A stretch of DNA of 64,000 bases from Callorhinchus milii (lineage: Eukaryota): the NCBI RefSeq assembly GCF_018977255.1, contig NW_024704742.1:21330001-21394000 (forward strand), read 5' to 3'. Positions 36,586 through 48,352 of the stretch are shown here, piece after piece; positions within the stretch are counted from its first letter, which is position 1, and every line of letters starts with the position of its first letter. The notes beneath the pieces are model-generated. The model ran no database searches, was not told the DNA's origin, and saw only the letters and a program-made list of their open reading frames with translations. The translations under genes and the position numbers were made by a program.

Positions 36586-37935
36586 CATATTTCAGTCTAT
36601 TTGGTGCTAGATAGTGGCTTAAAGAAGTAAACGTTCAGAGAATTCACCAAACAAATAGTTACTAAATAGTTTACAGCTCAGAATATCAGGTACATATTTC
36701 TATAAAAGAAAGTATTAGTGAGGATTATGAGTACATTCCAATCTCGTAGAGAAAAGAATAGATATTTTGCAGTTGCTCAATATGTGAAATCTTTTAAACA
36801 CCAGATTTCCCTGGCAGATAGCTATCTATCATTATCCAAGTGTAGGTATTAAAAATCCTCACATATCCCAGAGAGATTTTTTTTATTTTGGAACAGAAAA
36901 GATAGCGGGTCAGTTTAGATGTTACAGTCCCTGAACAATGGGGTTTAAACAAGACTGGATTAAAAGTGAATAGTCCGGCCACTTTTCTCCCTGTTTCACT
37001 GAGTGCAAGAAGAGATGTGTTGTACATCAAGATCTTAAACCTCATTCATTGAATATGAAGGTGGGAAGGGTGACATTTGTGGTGTTTTATAACAGGCTCC
37101 TTGTGATAACAGTGATAACTATCACAAGAAATGTGTTACCAAATACCAAAAATTCCTTATTATTCCTCAATTATCACCAGACTGCATTCATCTGTCAGCT
37201 CTTCTTCTAAGTCACCTCCCTTTCCCCACAACCTTAGCTCAGTGGAAGAGTCCAAGAGGATCTCTGCTCTCAAATTCTTATTTGTGGACCAAGTAATGGT
37301 ATTTCATTGACACCGACCAGAGAACTGACTCAGTGAAGTTGATTTGCTCTACTCTTTTTAAATCAAAATCGACCCGATTCAACGCAGATTGGATCTGAAA
37401 ATCACCAGGTCACAAATCAAGATGTGTTGTAGGGACACCTCCTGGTAACTGGAAACACGTCCCCCTAACCCAGAGAACCCCACTCTGAAAATTGATCAAA
37501 TTAGAGAGCCGATCCCATATCTACATCAGTTACTCATGGATTTCTCAGTNAAAAAATACCATGAAGTGGTAGCCCTAATAGTTAGTGGATAGAGCTGCAA
37601 CTTACAGACCAAGAGCCGCTGGTTCGATCCTGGGCCATGCATAATTGGACACACTATTTTTTTTTACAAAAAGGAAAGAAATCCATGAAACACAACAAAA
37701 TTCACTGTGTGATCTCTGGAACCAACTCTGATATAAGGCATACTTTTGATTCAATAAAAAGCAACCTTTTAATGGAAAACTGACAAAAGCAAAGGCATAC
37801 TTTTTAAGTGTTGCAATTTTGTAAATATTTTGGGGCAAATTTGTTATGAACTACACATGTCTGTTTGGCTGGAGATTGCTTGTGTCTTCTTTAAGTGACT
37901 GCAAATAATAGTGCTTTGAGATGGGCAAGTGAATG

Positions 37936-38268
37936 TCATAGGAACATAGAAACATAGGAACAGGAGTAGATCATTCAGCTTTCGAGTCTGTTCCGCCATT
38001 TAATTGGATCATGGCTGATCTGTACCTCAACTAAACCTTTCAAATCTAATTTCCCGCTTTCTCCCCATATCCCTTACTACCCTGACCTACCAAAAATCTA
38101 TCAACCTCACTCTTGAAGGTGTGGATGGATCCAGCATCCACGGCCTTTTATGGGGAGAGAATTCTAGATTTCTGCCACCCTTTGAGTGAAAAAATGCTTT
38201 CTGATTTCACTCTTAAATGGCCTGGTTCTAATTTTAAGACGATACCCCCTTGTTTTCAATTCCCCACC
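37936..38268 (-). mobile_element. CR1 3'-end fragment
   Basis: cataggaacatagaaacataggaacaggagtag...gatcatggctgatc is the reverse complement of the CR1 tail at 22070-22150, with terminal short repeats. Confidence 0.85.
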
Positions 38269-38584
38269 ATGTCAATCACACAATGACTGCTTAGCACCAT
38301 GTGACCTTTCCCAAAGACACTTCAAACTATTCTGTTGTTTCCAAAGCTGCTAATAAAAGGTCCTGCGGTGTTGGGTTTTGAAATAGTGAAAGATCAGAGC
38401 TGATGAGAACCTGGTCCCAGATGGAATCTACTCATGAATGAGAAATATGAGCATACAGCAGAATAGATTATTTTACTGTCACTTAACTTCAGGGTATCTG
38501 AAGTGTGGTTTTGCTGCACTCGTTAAGATCCTGACATAAATATGCAGCATTTCTTTAAGATGAACATCGATCGGCAAACTAAAA

Positions 38585-38992
38585 TAGCGTAGTGGTTAAT
38601 GTGCTCGCCTCGCAAGTGAGAGGATCCAGGTTCTATTCCTTAGGCAAGTTTCTTTACTCTGCACAGCTCTGTTTACCTACCAGTAATTAGAAACTCTTTT
38701 GTTAGTCGATTGGCAAATTCACTTTCCGGGGATAATAATCCCTCAAAACAAAATTAGTCACTTAATCCATAGCTGTTTGTGGGTTACTACTGTATTGGGA
38801 CGTCCTCCCGACGTGAAAGGCGCTCTATAAATGCAATCTTCTTGTTGTTGTTGTTGTATATAATTGGCTGCTGCGTTTCACCCACAAAATACACAATCAA
38901 TCCACTTTAGAATATATTCTGTGAATCGCTTTGATACGTCTCAACAACGTGAGAAGGCTCTATATCAAATGGAAGGATTATCATATTATTAT
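38585..38992 (+). mobile_element. Composite SINE (long subfamily) carrying a nested L2-tail insertion
   Basis: tRNA head with CGC anticodon, long CORE-like segment, and a Deu core interrupted at 38796-38854. Confidence 0.85.
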
Positions 38993-39488
38993 TCTAAACT
39001 CCCTTCCATTACCGGCCTTGTCTGCTCGACAAATTTATGAGACCAATGTCTCCAAATTTATTCGTGAGGGGTCGTCTCATTTGTGTGACACTGGGATCAA
39101 ACATGATTGTTTCGCTAACTGTTCATTCCTATTTTTAAATTTTGGCATCTTAAAGACATTTAGATTGGGACACAGCACAAATAGCAGTGGGAAAGTACTC
39201 TAGGGGGGGGGGGGGGCAGGACAGGAGCTTAGTCTCTTCACACGGAGAATCGGTCAAATTGCTCTGAGTTAGAGTTGCTGAATCTACACCCAGAGGTCGG
39301 GTTTTCATACTGTGCAGTGGAGGAGGCAGAGGGATATCTGTGGAGTTTTATCCTCCCCTAATCACCACAGTGCCTATTGCAGCTTCAAACCAGCCTGTGT
39401 GCATAACCTGGACCCGTCTTTCTCTGGCAAAAAAATAAGATGATGATCTGCTTCGGAATTTACCCAGAAGCAAAGCAATAAAGTATGT

Positions 39489-39873
39489 ATGGAGTCCTGT
39501 AGCTCAGTGGTTAAAGCACTCGCTTCACAAGTGAGAGACCTGGGTTCAATTCCTGGCAGGGCGAGGATGTTGGGCAAGTTTCCTTACTTCACACACCTCT
39601 GTTTACCTAGCAGTAAGTAGGACCCAGGTATTCTGACTGGCGGATCGCTTTTTTGGGAGTAATAATTCCTTCAAAAAAAGTAATAATAAAAAAAATTGGT
39701 TACTTCAATCCACGGCTGTTTGTGGGACACCGCTGTGCGCAATTGGCTGCTGCGTTTTGCCCACAAAATATGCAGTCAATTCACTTTACAGCATATTCTG
39801 TGAAGCGCTTTGAGACGTCTCGAAGATATGATAAGGGGCTGTATCAAATGCAAGGATTATTATTATCATCATC
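39489..39873 (+). mobile_element. Full-length composite SINE (long subfamily)
   Basis: Head, then ttgggcaagtttccttacttcacacacctctgtttacctagcagtaagtagg, Deu core and tail. Confidence 0.9.
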
Positions 39874-42800
39874 TGCTCCATCCAAGCAGCAAGGCAACTG
39901 ATGTGCCATGGACTCTAACCAAAAAAAAATCAATGTAAGACGCACGTACAAGAGACTAAAATCTCTAAACTCAGGCCTCCGTTGTATTGTTGGTGTTAAA
40001 AGGATGTCACTGTCAGTGCTCAACCTCCTTCGCGATGCTCGTCTGACCTCAAGCAGACGGCTGGCAGCTGAGATTCAAAATCCTCGCGAGCTTAGCCTTA
40101 GGACTCCATTAAAATTTGAGGTGGTGCAGAATAAAGAAAATAGAGTGAAGAAAATAAATTCACTCTATTTGGAAATGGCACAAAACCAGCTGGGTGAAAC
40201 TAACGTGTGGAAGTCAAAGGTGGGGCGAAAGAGGTGGTTCATGCATGCGATCACAAAGCATATGATTTAGCACAGGTTTTAAGGATGAATTTTAATTGTG
40301 TTTCCTGTGCAGTCAGCAAAGTGTTGCTTAATTAAGGAACATCATTAATTACCGAATGGTATGAACAGCACAGAATGATACAACAAGGAAACATGTCAAA
40401 TACTGCACTTCTATTCCCCTCACCTCTGTATTCCCTTCTCCCTCATGTATGCATGAACTTTCCTCTTAGATACATTGATTGTTTCTACTTCAAACACAGC
40501 TTCCGGCAGTGAATTCCCCATTCTCAGCATCCTCTGCATAAAGAAGTTCCTCTTGAACCCCCATTGTATCTGCTACTGGTTCTCTTATATTTATGCCCCA
40601 AGTGGACACAGACTATCAATGTCCACCTTTTCAAATCCTTTCACAATATAAAACACCTCGATAAAGTTCCCTCTCAATCATCTGATCTCCAGAGAAAAAA
40701 GTTCTAACCTAAATCTTTCTGGAGTTTAGGAACACTGCAATTCTCACCCCTTTTCTCTGTCAGCGGCTGTCAAACAGAAACCCACCGTCATGACAATGGG
40801 TTTCCGTCCGTGTCTGACAACTAACTGGCTGTCAAAAATAACTATATTTCTCTCATCCCTTATCTTCTCAGTCTAAAGTTGTATTTTAATAGTCTTTTTA
40901 TTGTTATTTTCACATTTATCTACTATTTTGACTTAATGTAATTTTTTTTCCATCTTTTTACCACTTATATTTCCTCTTGCATCTCTCTGCTCTCCTCCCC
41001 CCCCACCCCCACCCCCCCGCACACACACACACCACAACACACAGAGTTTGGAAGTGGAAATATCAGTTTTAAACTCAAATGTTTCATTGATCGACATCCA
41101 TTTTTACACGCAGCTATCCAGTCGATGAAAAACAGAAAAACTATCAATTTTCAAGGCTGCACATCTTTGAAGAAAAAAAATCAATTCAAACTAGTGTTTC
41201 AAGTAAACTAGGTGATGAATCACATAAAGAGAATAAGTAAACTTGTCCACGGTGCTCTAAGCGTTAAAATCCAATTATAATTATTAATAATAATCCTTAA
41301 ATTTGGCACAGCACCTTTCACATCATAAGGATGTCAAAAAACACTTCACGGGATATACTGTAAAGTGCAATGGCTGTGTGCTTTGTGGGCAAACTGCAAT
41401 AAGAACAGTGATAATTGCACCATTATGTCATCTTAATTTGCAATAATGCATGAAATAATCTTATTTTATGTTGACTGTGAAAGTGATGTTCGCTGTCGGC
41501 TTGTATTGACAGGGAGCTAAAAATAGGGCTTCTTAAAAAGCATTTTACTTGTGTCATGTAACAAGGAAAGAGGAGTCTTTCAGGCCACGTCAAGGCTGGA
41601 TTAGAATCCTAATACAGAAATAAAAGAACAAAGCTCTTTCCGACACTTTGCATCACCTCGACCCCACCAGCAAGCTTAACAACTTTCACACCCCAAAGAG
41701 CCCGAATAAAGGCGGTAAAATAATTTCAATGTTTCACAGTATGCAAAGCACCCACAGTAAATCAGGCAACACAAATATCAAATGAAGACTGAATTTCAAT
41801 AAATAAATGTGCTGTTTGTCATACACATTGTATCTATCGATTCAAATGCTTTGGCTGTCTCAGCCAGTCACACCCCTTTGAAGATCTTTCCGTGTGTGCA
41901 GTGTGTAAAATGTTAATTCCCCATTCCTTAGATGGGCAGTAGCTTTAAATCCATCTTTTTTGTGTGTTTTTTACACCCATTCTGCCTGCCTGGCTTCTTG
42001 TTTCTTTAGTCGCTATATACTAAGTTAAGTAAGTCAGCGGCACAAGATGTAACATTTCTTGGTATATTTTACACAGAGGCACTAATCTTACTGATTTGGA
42101 AGACAATAAGGGTATAGGAGAATCTTCAGCTTCTTGCTTGTAAAAGAACCAGTAGTAGTTCCCTCCTTCCCTCTCTTTGCTTCAACTCTTTTGACCTGAC
42201 AGAAACATTTAACCCTTTTCATCTTGCTCGGCAGCCAAGCTCGATGCTTCCTGCATCAATGCACTTGCAAAGATAGTTAACATCTCAAAGACAACTCAAA
42301 GAATCAGTGGGTCACAGGGACAAGCCTTAACTGATGGCAATATAAGGTGGTCTCTCAGAGGAACAGACAATACAAGATTAGTTAACAAAGAAAGTGAGAT
42401 CAGATGAGATCTCTGTTAACTAATTTGACTGATAGTGGAAGTATCAATGTCATTCCTCAAATCCACTTATAATTTAAGAATATTGCATTGTGTATACATT
42501 ATTCTTATTCTGTATCAGTCGTTTAACACCAAAGATTCAGATATCCACTCAGCAGTTGTGAAAGTTTGTGTATGATTCATTCTATGCCTTCAGCACAATG
42601 GCAACAACTTGCACTTAACATACAGCCGTTCATGAAGGAAAATGCCTCAAAGCGCATAAGCTTCTCAAAACGTCCCAAAACAAAAGTTGTGGAACAGCCC
42701 AGTCAACCTCTGCAACAGATGGTGTACCCAAGTGTAGTGTAGTCCAGCGCCTTGGGACATCCTTCCGATGCAAAAGGTGCTATATTAATGCAATTTGTTG

Positions 42801-45695
42801 TTATTATGAAGAAAGCTCACAGCGTGTATAAGATGGCGTGGCAAAATAGTATTGTTGGTTGTATCCTTGCAAATGCAAGTATCTTACTTCAGTATGAGAC
42901 CAATGTTATAAAAATATATAACATAATCCTTGCTTTTGATATAGTGCTTTATCACGTCTTTGAGACGTCCCAAAGCCCTTCAGAATATACTGTAAAGTGA
43001 ATTGACTGTATACTTTGTGGGCGAATCGTGGCAACCAATTGTCCCACAAACAGTTGTGGATTGAGTGACCAAATTATTATTTTTTTTAAGGGATTATTAC
43101 TCCAGGAAAAACAATCCTCCAATCAACTAACAATGTTGTACAGAAATACATAGCTCCCTTCTAACACTGTCCTCCGGGGATCACCAAGATCAGTTGGGGA
43201 TAACTTTCACCCTACTAAAGCTGGAGCTATTTTCTGACTAAAGTAGATACTCCATGTTCAAGGCAGTCAATCAAGTCAACTTTTTTCCTCAACTTGACCC
43301 AGACTAGTTCAAGCCACTGGTCATGAATGCAGCAGGAGACTAAGCTTTGCCTGCATTTGCTTTGCCAACATACCAGAGGCGCATGGATCAGCAACCGTCT
43401 GCTATTTACATCTGACCAATACTTTGTGTGTGCATTTGGGTGCCTACAGAAACTGAGATACATTGTGGTGTCACCCTGGTATGTACCATGATTTACAGCC
43501 TGTGCATGGACCAGGGCAAACCCAAACAGGAACACAAGAGACGTCAACACAAAGTGACGTGTAATGAATGTGAGCGAGGAAAGGTAAGTGATTCTCAAAC
43601 ACCAGGTGCATGTCCCATTTCTCACAGAGAATTCTTGCACAAAAACACAGCCTCCCTGAGTGGGGGGGTAACAGGGCTGTGTTCAAGGGGATAAATCCTG
43701 TTGCATCACAACTCCCCCTCCTCCCCATCACCCCCCACAAAAATACACACATGCATTTGCACAAATTAGTTGGCATTGGTTAAAAATTATCCATTAATGT
43801 TTACGTTCTGCAGGAGTTTATAGCTGCTGCATTCTGAATTTTTATTACGTGGGGTAGAATCTCAGAGCACTGATGTTTGAGTCACTGTCAAGCTCTCTGG
43901 GACGCTACCTCACATGAAGGACACTATATAAATACAAGGTGTTGCTGATGGTATATAGGACCAGGAAATTCATGTTCCACCTGGGTTTAGATTTACTTTA
44001 TTTATGTAGCATTTGATAAACTTGACACATTCTTAAATACAGCCTTAATCTCATTTTGAAGTTGCGTTTGTTCTGTAAGTGCTTCTACATTCTTCGAAAC
44101 ATTCAGTAACCTAGGAGTTCAGTGGAGGTAAGGTTTGAATGGTGGGACTTGACCGGCGTGGACTGTTATAGGAGTGGTGGGTGGCGGTGGGGGGTTGGGA
44201 GAAGACAGAGTCAGAGACACAGTGGAAAAAGGACACAGAGTCCTGTCTGTCATGTTCCAACCCAAGTGAACAAATGTATTTGTCTACGTAATGTGCACAT
44301 CGAGGGGCTAAAGCTCATGAAACATGATCTTGACAGCACCGAGCTTGCTCCATTAACAGACGGAAGATTGCTTCCATTTTAACTGTGCTCAAGGGCTAAA
44401 GGAAAGCCCGTGCTACAGCATCACTGTGGCCCTGACAACCCTGCCGGCACCAGCAAATGCCCTGAACAATAGGTTGTAAACCAAGCGTGGCCTCAGTTCC
44501 TCCAAACACAAGCAGCGCAGACAGTGGTGGTTTGGAGAGCAAGACGTTTGTCTTGCTGCTAAGTGCAGTGACTTTGAAGATGTCAATTTGTAATTGGATT
44601 TTCCTTTTATTGTTGCGCATCAGCAAAGTCGCTCTATAAACGGCCGCAACGAGAATTTCACCTCCTAAGCATCATTTTGATCCCAGTCACATCATTCTGC
44701 CCGTAGTTCTGTCATTTTATCTGTTACACTTCCTTTTGTGGCTGATTTAAAACCCTGATTGAACTTTGCACTAGTAAGAGTATTGCAAACACTCGCTGTT
44801 TACCTAACTTTGGTCAGTGAGAACATCTGGTCTCCATCGGCCTGTAAATTTATAGACACTAGTAGCTTGAAATATTTGCATGATTTTCCCAGTCTTATGT
44901 GACTTAAACAAGGCTTGATGAATTTGCTGTTGAACAGGCAACAGGATTATAGGGAGTCAAGTCACGTATTTGATTGCCTATAAATACAGTCACTACACTT
45001 TACAATAAAATGCAGTGTTTGCTGATAAAAATAATCCTGGCATTTGATACTGTACTTAAAAATGGTTACAAAAATTATGAGACTTTTCACTTGTTTCTTC
45101 TACTGCGGTAACACTTTTAAGATATTTTACTTTGTTCAGTTGTTGTGAAGTCAACCATCTGAACTAATGGCTATCAAAACATGTCTTTCTTCGAAAGAGC
45201 TCCATTTGTAAAGAGTCAGCGGGGCGACTAAGGGGGAGATACTAAGTGTAGCAATCACTCCAACTTCCTGCGTAAAAACAGCGCTTTTGCTAATGCTGAA
45301 TTGCCCTGATCACATACTTTCGTTCAAGCTTAGATGAGAAAAACACTGAAAGGCAGCGAGAACCCAGAGAGTGGTGACCTCGCACATATGCTGACCGAGC
45401 CAGGATCAAATGACTTTGCGCACTGGGTGACCCCCGATTAGCACAGAGATTCCAATAACTAAGGAGCTCAGCCCGGTCAGCAAGGGGTTTTAGTAGAAGT
45501 ATTTGCTAAATCCCCTTTCACTCAGGAAGCTTTCGCTTTAGACCAGGAAATGTGGAGAAAATGTTCAGAATTAGCATTTTGCATGCAATGTTCCAATAAT
45601 GACAGACAGCCCTCACTGTGCGTCTGAAAGGTTTGCGTGTTGTGTGGAGGAGTAGGGATGAGCTGAACTAATGACAAGGAGAAACAAATCTCAAG

Positions 45696-45976
45696 AACAA
45701 CAACAACAAATTACATTTTTATAGCGCCTTTCACATCGGGAGAACATCCCAAAGCGCTGGACAGTCAAGGATTTGCACCTGAGCAGAGGGTTTGGCATGA
45801 GGGAGGGTGGAGGGCAAGAGGGGTGGGGGCAGAAGGGTGACTGAAAACACAGTCATAGAAGAGAGTCTTGAGACTGGCTTCAAAGGAGGCAAGGGAGGGG
45901 GTGAAGCAAAGGGACTATGAGATGGAGTTCTGAAGGGTGGGGGCAGAGAGACAGAAGGTCTGACTGCCGATGGTTG
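45696..45976 (-). mobile_element. L2 3' end fragment
   Basis: Reverse complement of the L2 3' UTR, stem-loop and (GTT)n tail. Abuts the SINE at 45990. Confidence 0.8.
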
Positions 45977-45989
45977 TCGTTCCGTAGTT

Positions 45990-46298
45990 ATAATAATGAT
46001 AATCCTTGCATTTGATATAGCGCTTTTCACGTCTTCTAGATGTCTCAAAGCACTTCACAGAATAGACTGTAAAGTGAATTGACTATATTTGTGCTGAAGT
46101 GCGGCAGCCAATTGTGCACATCAGTGTCCCACAAACAGTCGTGGATTGAAATGACCAATTTATTATGTTTTTTTTGAGGGATTGTTATCAGGCGTGTGGA
46201 ATAAGCAAACTTACCCAAGGTTTCATCCTGTCGGGAATCGAACCTGGGTCTCTCGCTTGCAAAGCGAGTGCTCTAACCACTGAGCCACAAGACTCCAC
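45990..46298 (-). mobile_element. Full-length composite SINE (short subfamily)
   Basis: Reverse complement of the 36270-type element. Confidence 0.9.
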
Positions 46299-47988
46299 AT
46301 AGTTGCTGATAGTTGCTGATTCCCTGTAAGTAGAGGCTGTTTTATTTTATATTGCAGGAATCAGAGTAAGTGCAAGTTCTAGGACCACCGTTTCTTTTCT
46401 TTTCGAGCTTTTGTGTATTTTAGTCACAGCAGTTTTCCCAGCTCTGGCCCACCCAGTGAGCAGAGCTGAGAGTAAAGTAGAGGTGACCACTGCTCCTTTG
46501 TTTGCAGCGAGCAGTCTTATCTTATACTTTTTGTGGTATGCTTTACTTTTGAATTGTGGGATCCCAAAACTGTGGTGGAAGGAGAGCACGGATCTAGGAA
46601 CCCAAAACTGGGGTCTGGGTTTCTGGCCCCCAAATACTGGGGTCTGGGGGTCCTCTTTCAGTCTCTAACCCTGCAGTGTATCTGAAAAAAAACCCTCTCT
46701 CCCTGCTGGTACCAGCCTCTCATCTCCTATACATGTCGAGCGCACTACCTGCCCCCATCTCTGAGGCAGACAAAAAGCAACGACAAGCCTGCAAGTCTTG
46801 ATTCTAAGGTGCACCCTGGTAAGCACTCGGAGACACTATTCTGCATGAAAGGTGCTGTATAAATCCAAGGCTTGTTGTTTGGCAGTAAATGTTTTGGTAA
46901 CACCGGGACCTTAGGATCCAGTAAATACAGTAACATGAGGAACAAAGTACGAAACATTGCAGATTTCAGCCACCTCCCCCCCCCACCCCAAAAAAGAAGT
47001 GAAGTGACAAATTTCAAAGAGAAAGTCCACACTTTGCTTTTTTCTGCAAATGCATCAAGCTGTGCCATTCGAAAATGCAACTCGGATGGGAGAGGAGTAA
47101 AGGTTAATGAAATGTGTCACCCTGTAGTTGCAGACATGTGCTAGCTGCTGAATTTGAAACACGCAAGCCCAGTTTAAATTCCGCTAATTCCTGTAACTCA
47201 TCCTGGCTAATGCTGATCTATTGCCCGTGGAATCTGCCTGTAACAAGAAGCGGCCAACAATAAAATGTGGCGTCTCCCCCCCATCTCCTCCCCACCAGGA
47301 CCCTAAGAGTGCAACACAATTGGCTGGGTGGTCGATGTTGCATCAGTCATGCTAATACTGGTGGGAGACAGAGTAGGGTCACTTTGGAGGCCTTCAGGCC
47401 TGTTCTCTTTGCCCCATAGGCCACGCCATTGAATGCGACATTAAACCAATAAAGTGAACACTGTAATCCAGGGGGTTTATGAGGCTGTGTCCAAGTGTTG
47501 GGCTTTTATTATGCAAGCCCTGTAAAACTACACTCATGGTAACAACAGGAACTGAAAAGCTTGTGCACGTTTCAGAAAGGCGGCAGACAAAAAGGTAACA
47601 AACCACCAAAATATCAAAGGACTTGATTTTATAATTAATATATAAAGATTAATTCAACCAGCAGTTAACATATAACGAGCTTAACCGAGAACAAACTGCA
47701 AAGTCCTGAAGACGATTCTGTAAATCAAAAACATGAAAATGAGGAAGGATTTGGAACAAATTGTCAGTCATTATGCAGTGAGAAGCTGCAGCTTTCTGCT
47801 TTCCACCTAGCTAAACCCGTGACTGCAATGCAATGGATAAATGACTAATCCATCAGCTCTTAGTCTTCACACCCTGGTATGTAGCTGCATTGCTGAATTT
47901 GACCCTCTTTTAACATCACTATTTTACTGGGGTTTCAGTAGGACAAGAGAGCTTGATATAAATCCCTCACAGGTGCATGTATCATTGT

Positions 47989-48352
47989 TAATAATTCTTG
48001 CATTTGATATAGAGCCTTATCACATCTTCAAGACGTCTCAGATCGTTTCACAGAATATACTATAAAATGAATTGACTGTATATTTTATGGGTGAAACGCA
48101 GCAACCAATTGCACACAGCAGTGTCCCAGTCATGGATTGAGTGACCAAACCATTATTATTTTTTTTGAAGGAATTATTACCCCAGAAAAGTGATCCACCA
48201 ATCGACTAACAACCAAGTTCCTACCTACTGCTAGGTGAACAGAGGCGTGTGGAGTAAAGAAACCTTGCCCAACGTTTCACCCTGCTGGGAATCAAACCCA
48301 GGTCCTCTCGCTTGCGAGGCGATTGCTCTAACCACTAAGCGACAGGACTCCA
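47989..48352 (-). mobile_element. Full-length composite SINE (long subfamily)
   Basis: Reverse complement of the 39489-type element; CGC anticodon arm. Confidence 0.88.

Noticed and set aside
39203..39216. Poly-G run (also poly-C near 32539, short CA/GA runs, N bases at 6192 and 37550)
   Set aside because: Ordinary homopolymers, microsatellites or assembly ambiguities.
39908..40270. 120-aa ORF and other isolated intronic ORFs (35419, 43428, 52719, 57700)
   Set aside because: No recognisable domain and no consistent exon chain; lengths are compatible with chance.
41242..41262. REST/RE1-like motif (tgtccacggtgct)
   Set aside because: Only the core matches; both flanks deviate from the 21-bp consensus.
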